Positions 57,758-64,000 of a DNA stretch of 64,000 nt are shown here, piece after piece. Position numbers and translations under genes: made by a program. How positions within the stretch are numbered: the stretch's first letter is position 1; each line of letters starts with the position of its first letter. This DNA is from Clostridia bacterium (lineage in GTDB: Bacteria > Bacillota > Clostridia > Oscillospirales > CAG-272): contig JAFTZI010000027.1 in NCBI GenBank assembly GCA_017461055.1, positions 6,423 to 70,422 on the forward strand, in the 5' to 3' direction. The notes under the pieces are model-generated. The model saw only the letters and a list, made by a program, of their open reading frames with translations. It was not told the origin of the DNA and did not search any database.

Positions 57758-59640
57758 TGTACGAATTTTATCCTCTCATTGTAGTTGGTGCAATTATCGG
57801 TGTTATTTCTGTTATTTTTGTTGTGGCTTACTGTCTTATAAAGGACAAAAAGACCGCTATCGGATTTGACCGAAATATGAAGGACTCGGAAATTATAAAG
57901 CGTTTGCTTGCTTATGCCAAGCCACATATTAAGAGCTTTATAATTGTTCTTGTTGTTATTATTTTTTCCATTGCCTACGATATAATTTCTCCTATTGTAA
58001 TAGGCAGCACAACAGAAATGATAAAGGGGGATTTTGAGCTATCCCGACTTTACACAACCGTTATCGTTTATGCGGGAATACTTATTGTTTCTCTTGTTTC
58101 CTCATACATTCAAGCTATTGTTCTTCAAAGGACGGGACAAAAAATAGTTTCCAAGATACGTGAGGACCTTTTTGCTCATATTGAGAGCCTTTCTCACGAG
58201 CAGCTGCACAAAAATCCTGTGGGCAGGCTTGTTACACGTGTTGTTAACGATACGGACTCCATTTCGCATATGTTCACGGGAATTTTAGTAAACCTTGTTA
58301 AGAACATATTTATTATTTTCGGCGTTTTGGGCGCTATGCTTTGCCTTAACTATATGCTTACCTTAATGGTGCTTTGCTTTGTGCCCTTTGTTATTCTTTT
58401 TACTATTATTTTCAGAAAGTTTTCGCGTAAGGCATACAGGAAGGTAAATAACGCAACAACAGCCATTAACACCTATCTTTCCGAAAATTTGTCGGGTATG
58501 AAAATTATTCAAATATTCAACAGAGAGGAAAGAAAAAAGGCGGAGTTTGACGAGAAAAATAACCATCTTGGAAAATGCAAGAGGGAGCAAATGTTTACCT
58601 TTGGCATATTCAGACCTATGGTTTATATGCTCTATATTGCCTCGGTGCTTTGCTTATTCTACATCGGCGCTCGCGGCTATATGGACAACATCAGCTTTTT
58701 GGGACAGACTATTACTGCGGGTACTATTGTTACCTTCTATATGTATCTTAACAAATTCTTTAACCCTATACAGAGCTTGGCTGAGCAATTTAATATGCTT
58801 CAGCACGCATTTGCCTCTGCTGAAAAGATATTTACTGTTTTCGACATTCAGCCAACTGTTGTTGACGAGCCTGATGCAATCGAGCTTGATGAGGTAAGAG
58901 GTGAAATTGAATTCAGGGACGTGTGGTTCAGCTACGTTCCGAACGAGTGGGTTTTAAAGGGTGTTTCCTTTAAGGTAGAGGCAAAGCAAACCGTTGCCTT
59001 TGTTGGCGCTACCGGCTCGGGAAAAACCACTATTCTTTCTTTGATTTGCCGCAACTATGATATTCAAAGGGGTCAAATTTTAATTGACGGAATTGATATT
59101 AAGAAAATTAAAATTTCCTCTCTTCGCCGCCATTTTGGTCAAATGCTTCAGGACGTGTTTCTTTTTGCGGGCACGATTAAGAGCAATATTGCCCTACATA
59201 ATGAGTACAGCGATGAAGAAATTACCAAGGCATGTGATTATGTTAATGCAAGTCAGTTTATTAACAAGCTTGAAAAGGGCATTAACACCGAGGTAAGAGA
59301 ACGAGGCAATAACTTCTCCTCGGGTCAACGTCAGCTGCTTTCCTTTGCAAGAACTATTATACATAAGCCCTCTGTTATGATTCTTGACGAGGCAACCGCA
59401 AATATTGACACGGAAACGGAGCAATTAATACAGGGCTCGCTGAAAAAGATAATGTCAATCGGTACTATGCTGATGGTCGCTCACCGATTGTCTACAATAC
59501 AGAATGCTGATGTAATAATTGTTTTATCTCACGGTGAAATTGTGGAGCAAGGTCCCCACTTTGAGCTAATCGGTCAGCGTGGCAAATATTACGACCTTTA
59601 TATGCTTCAATATAACAAGGAAAGATTAGCAGGTAAATAA
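57757..59640 (+). CDS. ABC exporter, fused permease/ATPase (second pair, subunit 2)
   Basis: Walker A GATGSGKTT, signature FSSGQRQL and Walker B MILDEATA. It has a 1-nt overlap (TAATG) with the preceding gene. Confidence 0.9.
   Translation: MYEFYPLIVVGAIIGVISVIFVVAYCLIKDKKTAIGFDRNMKDSEIIKRLLAYAKPHIKSFIIVLVVIIFSIAYDIISPIVIGSTTEMIKGDFELSRLYTTVIVYAGILIVSLVSSYIQAIVLQRTGQKIVSKIREDLFAHIESLSHEQLHKNPVGRLVTRVVNDTDSISHMFTGILVNLVKNIFIIFGVLGAMLCLNYMLTLMVLCFVPFVILFTIIFRKFSRKAYRKVNNATTAINTYLSENLSGMKIIQIFNREERKKAEFDEKNNHLGKCKREQMFTFGIFRPMVYMLYIASVLCLFYIGARGYMDNISFLGQTITAGTIVTFYMYLNKFFNPIQSLAEQFNMLQHAFASAEKIFTVFDIQPTVVDEPDAIELDEVRGEIEFRDVWFSYVPNEWVLKGVSFKVEAKQTVAFVGATGSGKTTILSLICRNYDIQRGQILIDGIDIKKIKISSLRRHFGQMLQDVFLFAGTIKSNIALHNEYSDEEITKACDYVNASQFINKLEKGINTEVRERGNNFSSGQRQLLSFARTIIHKPSVMILDEATANIDTETEQLIQGSLKKIMSIGTMLMVAHRLSTIQNADVIIVLSHGEIVEQGPHFELIGQRGKYYDLYMLQYNKERLAGK
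59590..59640 (+). repeat. Left copy of a 51-bp perfect direct repeat (live 3' end of the ABC gene)
   Basis: tacgacctttatatgcttcaatataacaaggaaagattagcaggtaaataa is identical to 61617-61667. Confidence 0.9.
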
Positions 59641-59715
59641 GATCAACATAATGGATGTACATAGTTTTTATCACAAATGCGGTAAAAAACAAGTCTAAAA
59701 TGAAACTAATATATC

Positions 59716-59748
59716 AAAGCCGTTTGAAAAATAACGGCTTTTAGTTTT
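59716..59748 (+). terminator. Rho-independent terminator after the ABC operon
   Basis: AAAGCCGTT-loop-AACGGCTTT followed by TAGTTTT. Confidence 0.8.
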
Positions 59749-59878
59749 GCTTTGAAATAGTCTCAAATATATACAATTGAAAAATTGAACTTTTGTGACA
59801 GATTTTTTGAAAAAAGGTGTATATATCTTTCATATGACCGCTATTTGTATGAAATATGCACAAAAACAAATAAAATTA

Positions 59879-59907
59879 TTGACAAATCTATGGCAATAGT
59901 GTATAAT
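59879..59907 (+). promoter_or_regulatory. Promoter, perfect consensus TTGACA-17-(TG)TATAAT
   Basis: TTGACA at 59879-59884, a 17-nt spacer ending in TG, and TATAAT at 59902-59907. Confidence 0.6.
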
Positions 59908-59913
59908 GAAATC

Positions 59914-60045
59914 AAGATAAAAATATAAATCGGTAAGACAATGTTCGTAACAGACATTTTAAGAATTTCATTGCCTTATATCAGATATATGAGTTTGTAG
60001 CATATGAACAGAGGTTACTGGTCATATGCTATTTTTGTCTATTTT
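59914..60045 (+). ncRNA. Candidate small RNA or short leader transcript (~130 nt) bounded by a consensus promoter and an intrinsic terminator
   Basis: The predicted start lies about 7 nt after the -10 box. An internal 9/10-bp helix, TAAGACAATG / CATTGCCTTA, encloses the ATG of a 19-codon ORF (59941-60000, MFVTDILRISLPYIRYMSL). The terminator AGCATATGA-loop-TCATATGCT is followed by ATTTTTGTCTATTTT. Confidence 0.4.
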
Positions 60046-60270
60046 AAAAACAGAGGTGATACAGGTGGGACACTTTAAATAGTGGCGATTATATAAATAT
60101 GTTGTTAATTACATAAAATTTGTAACTAAATGACACTAAATTCCGTCTAATGATATAGAAGGGAAATTTTAAGTGTAAATATTTATGTGTCAAGTAACAT
60201 TATTATATAATTGCCAAAAATCGAAGCTTAACAAAAAATCCAAATTTAAAATTTTTAAGGTGATTTACTT

Positions 60271-61302
60271 ATGAAGAAAAGATTTTTAGCGATATTTATT
60301 TCTTTGTTAATTGTATTTGTTGTAATTGCTTCGATTTGTTCCTGTAATATTGTGCCATCCAATAATTATACGGACACTTCTTCAAGTACAGAATCAAGCG
60401 AAAACACGGACAATGTTATTGATAACAATAAAAAAGAAGACGATTTAACGAATATAATACAAGTGAAAAAATACTATAGAGAAATAAGCTCTTCCTACAC
60501 GACCGACACAGATGGTGTTGTTTGGGAAAACGACCAAATATTTCTTGACGGTGTTTTTGAAATGAAACAAGAATCACAATATAAAGTTATATCTTCTGAA
60601 ACAGAGCTTCGAATGTTCGCATTATTAAAAAGTGACGAAATAGAAGAAAACATTTTTGATAACAATTATATTGTTGCTATATTACACTACTATATCGGTC
60701 CGTCTTCTGGTGCGAGAGAGCCCGTAGGCTTTTATAATGCTGATTTTAATGATGGGCAAAAAATTATATTAGACACATTCTATAATTATCAGTATGACTC
60801 AACTGAAGACGAAAGAGATATTTATAGATTACATTTTATTGTTGTGCCAAAGGGAGAAATATCTAACACCGAAGAAATCAAATTTATAGAGGTAAATGTC
60901 AACCAAGTAGAACAATATAGTATGCGGGCTTATGCAGTTGATACTAAAACAGAAGAGGTTAAAGCATATTACTTGAATAGTGAAGAAGCTAAACAAAAGT
61001 TGGATATTTTAAACACAGTGGAACATTTTTGGATAGATTCTCCTTGCATAGCAATCCATTTAAATGAGACAATTAAAACAGATTTTATTGTTAACGGTTT
61101 TAAATACGAGAATGGAGAAATTTTTATAACAGTAGAAATATTTGAAAAAACGGAAATGAATTATCTGCACAAAATTTCGTCAAATCTTATTTTAGTATCG
61201 CTAAGACCTCACAGAGGAGATTTAACAATAAACGTCCCTGACAATATTCCACCGGAATGCAAAGTGAATGTTGTTTTTAAAAATGTAGTTTCAGTAAATT
61301 AA
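60271..61302 (+). CDS. Orphan lipoprotein, unknown function (343 aa)
   Basis: Signal peptide plus lipobox (ASICS-C) and an S/T/N-rich linker. RBS AAGGTGA. The gene is visibly more AT-rich and uses more AGA/ATA/TTA codons than its neighbours. Confidence 0.6.
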   Translation: MKKRFLAIFISLLIVFVVIASICSCNIVPSNNYTDTSSSTESSENTDNVIDNNKKEDDLTNIIQVKKYYREISSSYTTDTDGVVWENDQIFLDGVFEMKQESQYKVISSETELRMFALLKSDEIEENIFDNNYIVAILHYYIGPSSGAREPVGFYNADFNDGQKIILDTFYNYQYDSTEDERDIYRLHFIVVPKGEISNTEEIKFIEVNVNQVEQYSMRAYAVDTKTEEVKAYYLNSEEAKQKLDILNTVEHFWIDSPCIAIHLNETIKTDFIVNGFKYENGEIFITVEIFEKTEMNYLHKISSNLILVSLRPHRGDLTINVPDNIPPECKVNVVFKNVVSVN

Positions 61303-61344
61303 TTTCAAGAAGAACAACAAATTAGACATCAACTAAATAAACCA

Positions 61345-61375
61345 GAAGAGGTAGGAGCAATCCTACTTCTTTTGG
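61345..61375 (+). terminator. Possible hairpin terminator after the lipoprotein gene
   Basis: GAAGAGGTAGG-agcaat-CCTACTTCTTT: the stem includes G-U pairs and little free U-tract remains. Confidence 0.4.
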
Positions 61376-61571
61376 CATATAAAAAGACATTAAAATGACC
61401 CTTTGACAGTTAGGCGTGTGCTTGTATATATACAAGTGGCGTTGCTGCCATTCCCCAAAGCTCGCTGACGCTCGCTTTAGGGACCCCTCTGGTGCCTCGC
61501 CAATACAAGCCGTCTAAAACATAACCGAACTGAAAAAACGAACCAAAAAAGCTTGGAGACAAACGAAAGAC

Positions 61572-61667
61572 ACAATTTGAGTTAAAACAAAATAGGTCGA
61601 CAAGCGAGGTAAATACTACGACCTTTATATGCTTCAATATAACAAGGAAAGATTAGCAGGTAAATAA
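61572..61667 (+). pseudogene. Dead 3' stub of an ABC exporter gene (frame-broken; the last 51 nt are identical to the live gene)
   Basis: ..QFEL.. then a frame break, then RGKYYDLYMLQYNKERLAGK*. The cga ggt aaa tac codons differ from the live copy only at synonymous positions. There is no start codon or upstream NBD. Confidence 0.7.
61617..61667 (+). repeat. Right copy of the 51-bp perfect direct repeat
   Basis: Identical to 59590-59640. The offset between copies is 2,027 bp. Confidence 0.9.
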
Positions 61668-61671
61668 TATA

Positions 61672-61710
61672 CAAAAAGACTTTTTGCGCTTTTACAAAAA
61701 GTCTTTTTTG
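61672..61710. terminator. Bidirectional rho-independent terminator (native end of the ABC operon and of the convergent phosphoesterase operon)
   Basis: 14-bp stem AAAAAGACTTTTTG / CAAAAAGTCTTTTT with a loop of cgctttta. Confidence 0.8.
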
Positions 61711-61711
61711 T

Positions 61712-62428
61712 TTATATCTCTTTTATGAAAAACGGATTTGCGTTTCTTTCGCACATTCCTCTTACGGTAAAGTAGGGTATATCATCAACTATTATTTCGT
61801 TTCCGCGGTGGAAGTGGCCTTGAATTACCATTTTTACCTTGCCGCTGTTTTTGATTATTTCACGGATTTCGATGGCATTTTTAATAATGTGGCTTTCCTC
61901 TAAGGATGGGTCGAGATTTTCGTGCACCATTACAATTGCCTGTTTGTCTGACTCCTTTAGAGCTTTTTCCAAAAAGTCCACCTGCTCCTTTGGCAAGTTA
62001 GAGTCAGTCCAATCTACTCCCGCTGTGTCAAAATGCTCCATGCTTGAACGGTAATTTGCGTCTAAAATAATGAAATTGTATTCGTCCTCAACTATGTACG
62101 GTGGGGTTTTAATTCCTGCCCTTGCCAAATCCTCTCTTTTGAGCGTTAGGTAATCGTGATTTCCCGGGACTACATAAAAGGGGATTTCAAAGGAGTGTAT
62201 AAGCTCCAATATTTCGTCTAAATTTTTAATGGCATCAGCCCTTGTAACTCCGTCCGGGCTATCGGTAAGGTCGCCTAAGCAAAAGCAAATGTCAACGCTC
62301 TGCTCCTTAAAATATGTCATTGCTTCCTTTATCTTTTCGTATGAAATGGCAGGCATACGTGTTTCGCCTATGCATGACACCTTGCAATAATGTGGGTCAG
62401 AAAAAAGTCCGATTTTCATTTTATTCAC
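61712..62428 (-). CDS. Calcineurin-like metallophosphoesterase
   Basis: Metal-binding motifs SDPH, GDLTD, GNHDY, HENL and GHFHRG. Confidence 0.8.
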   Translation of the reverse strand: MNKMKIGLFSDPHYCKVSCIGETRMPAISYEKIKEAMTYFKEQSVDICFCLGDLTDSPDGVTRADAIKNLDEILELIHSFEIPFYVVPGNHDYLTLKREDLARAGIKTPPYIVEDEYNFIILDANYRSSMEHFDTAGVDWTDSNLPKEQVDFLEKALKESDKQAIVMVHENLDPSLEESHIIKNAIEIREIIKNSGKVKMVIQGHFHRGNEIIVDDIPYFTVRGMCERNANPFFIKEI

Positions 62429-62429
62429 C

Positions 62430-63041
62430 TCAGTTTAAATAATTAATATTTTTGAACAGATGTATATTTTCAATGCTTTCCCCGTACACAGAAAGAATAT
62501 ATTCATTCTCTATTTTGCACACGTAGGTTTTATACTCCGATGTTTCAATTTTAGATGGGGTAAAGGCTTTTTTGTCGTAAGCCTTAAATATGCTTTCCTT
62601 TTGTGTCCATTTGGTGCAAAAATATTCAAGAGCATCCTTTTCGCTTACGGACTCAAGCTCCTTCTTTTCCGCCTCTGTTAAAAATCGCATCATAATTCTT
62701 TTCAGCTTTTCGGTTATTTTTTCAATATCTATGCCAACGGGGGATTTGGAAATTACCGCAGCCACCATATCGCAGCTATGAGATATTGAAAAATAAAAAT
62801 CACTGCATAGCCACTTTCCGTTTTCCGATTTTTCAAAGGTAATTTCGTTTATTGAAATGCCAAGGGCATTGGTTATTCCGTACTCTAAAAGCTTCCAAGC
62901 GCAGTATTTCTCACGCTTTGCTCTTTCGTTTGAGCAAGCATTAATTTCATCAAAGCGAGCTTTTGGGTATATGCTTTCTATTTTAAGACTATTTGGTATT
63001 CTGCCTGTGTAAACATAGATTTCGTTTAATTCCATTTGCAT
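62430..63041 (-). CDS. 4'-phosphopantetheinyl transferase, Sfp type
   Basis: FSISHS, GIDIEKI and W..KESIFKA motifs. 203 aa. Its stop lies 1 nt from the start of the downstream gene. Confidence 0.8.
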   Translation of the reverse strand: MQMELNEIYVYTGRIPNSLKIESIYPKARFDEINACSNERAKREKYCAWKLLEYGITNALGISINEITFEKSENGKWLCSDFYFSISHSCDMVAAVISKSPVGIDIEKITEKLKRIMMRFLTEAEKKELESVSEKDALEYFCTKWTQKESIFKAYDKKAFTPSKIETSEYKTYVCKIENEYILSVYGESIENIHLFKNINYLN

Positions 63042-63081
63042 AACCGACTCTCCTTACTTTTAATCTATTATAGCATTTATA

Positions 63082-63118
63082 ATTAAAGAAAGCAATCCTT
63101 TTTATTCAGGATTGCTTT
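63082..63118 (-). terminator. Hairpin terminator overlapping the MFS gene stop codon
   Basis: On the minus strand: AAAGCAATCCT-gaataaa-AGGATTGCTTT followed by CTTTAATT. Confidence 0.6.
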
Positions 63119-64000
63119 TTTACTGCTTTGTTTACAAATTCTGTCATAAAAAGTAGCATTATAACAAAAAACGCAATGAAAAACGGGTATAATGAGATGC
63201 TTATATAATCTGCAATTAAACCGAATAAGGGTGGCATAAGCGCGCTTCCTGTATAGGCGCTTGCCATTTGTATTCCTACAATTGCGTGAGAATTTTCTTT
63301 TCCAAAGTTATTGGGGGTTGAATGTATGATTGATGGGTATACAGGGGCACTTCCTACTCCTGTTATAACAAGTCCCACAAGAGCAAAAATGTCTGCTTTT
63401 ACAGGCAAAATTATCATAGCTATTCCTGCCAGCATTACAGCAATTCCGCCTCTTATCAGGTTTTTATCTCCTACCTTATCGGCAAAAAAGCCACAGGCAA
63501 ATCGGCCAAGGGTTATGCCCATATAGAACAGTGAGCCAAAGTTGGCGGCTATTTCTGCATCTACGCCGCGATATTCCGCAAGATAAGAGCTTGCCCAAAG
63601 TCCTGTTGTTACCTCAAAGGCGCAAAAGCACAAAAAGGCTACTAAAATTTGCTTTACTCCCTTGATTTTCAAAGCGTCCCTTAAGCCAATGGGGGCTTCG
63701 TAATTTTCGTCTCCTACATTTGCGGTGCTCTTCTTTTTCCACAGAGGCAAGGAAGCAAACAGGCAGACGGTTAAGGCAAGCTGAATTACTGATACGATTC
63801 CGTATCCGCTTTGCCAGCCCCTATCACTTGAAATTGCATAGCCCATTATGTACGGGCTGATTGTGGCGCCAATTCCCCAAAAGCAATGAAGCCAGCTCAT
63901 ATGCCTTGATGCGAAATGTAGCGCAACATAGTTATTAAGCGCCGCATCAACTGCTCCTGCGCCAAGACCGTATGGAATGGCGAACAGGCAAATCATTAAA
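63106..64000 (-). CDS. MFS transporter (N-terminus lies beyond the window edge)
   Basis: Multiple TM helices with MFS-like loops (GRFACGFFADKVGDK). The reading frame stays open to the window end. Confidence 0.75.
   Translation of the reverse strand, partial: LMICLFAIPYGLGAGAVDAALNNYVALHFASRHMSWLHCFWGIGATISPYIMGYAISSDRGWQSGYGIVSVIQLALTVCLFASLPLWKKKSTANVGDENYEAPIGLRDALKIKGVKQILVAFLCFCAFEVTTGLWASSYLAEYRGVDAEIAANFGSLFYMGITLGRFACGFFADKVGDKNLIRGGIAVMLAGIAMIILPVKADIFALVGLVITGVGSAPVYPSIIHSTPNNFGKENSHAIVGIQMASAYTGSALMPPLFGLIADYISISLYPFFIAFFVIMLLFMTEFVNKAVKKQS

Noticed and set aside
60185-60274. A 29-codon upstream ORF whose stop overlaps the lipoprotein start (ATGA overlap), which could suggest translational coupling
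   Set aside because: There is no Shine-Dalgarno sequence within range of its ATG, and the peptide (MCQVTLLYNCQKSKLNKKSKFKIFKVIYL) has no features. The lipoprotein gene has its own good RBS.
61408-61416. GTTAGGC matches the integron attC core-site pattern GTTRRRY, raising the idea of an integron-type cassette
   Set aside because: I found no matching inverse core (RYYYAAC) at a sensible distance and no attC-like imperfect palindrome. There is no intI gene in the window. A 7-mer match is expected by chance.
61410-61637. A 75-aa minus-strand ORF spanning the GC-rich block and the ABC stub
   Set aside because: It reads antisense through the pseudogene stub. It has no RBS or promoter context and no recognisable domain. 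It most likely stays open by chance.

Overview
This window looks like a chromosomal segment from a low-GC, spore-forming Firmicute of the class Clostridia. That guess rests on spoVT and abrB paralogues, T-box control, a Re-citrate-synthase-type gene and Gram-positive lipoboxes. It is dominated by core metabolism. An 11-gene histidine operon (yerC-like regulator, then hisZGDCBHAF-IE-K) occupies 3.7-12.2 kb on the minus strand. A roughly 13 kb, 12-gene branched-chain amino acid supraoperon follows at 12.4-25.6 kb on the minus strand: leuA-ilvBNCD-leuCDB, a DUF815 ATPase, ilvA, ridA and a thioredoxin-like lipoprotein, all behind a T-box leader. Next come a Re-citrate synthase-like gene with aconitase, phosphoglucomutase, spoVT, a GH95 fucosidase, RNase J, two heterodimeric ABC exporter pairs, pyruvate kinase, a FakA/DegV-like pair, lepA-hemW and a phosphoesterase-PPTase pair. 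I saw no rRNA, tRNA, CRISPR array, transposase, integrase or recognisable defence system. The most unusual locus is 59.6-61.7 kb. There, about 2 kb of AT-rich cargo is bracketed by a perfect 51-bp direct repeat that duplicates the 3' end of an ABC exporter gene and leaves a dead gene stub. The cargo holds a consensus promoter plus terminator unit that looks like an sRNA, an orphan lipoprotein gene and an odd GC-rich block. Other points of interest are several domain fusions, a recurrent TTTAGT/ACTAAA inverted-repeat motif at two promoters, and unusual operon memberships. All calls come from reading the sequence and ORF translations by eye. No searches or folding programs were run.
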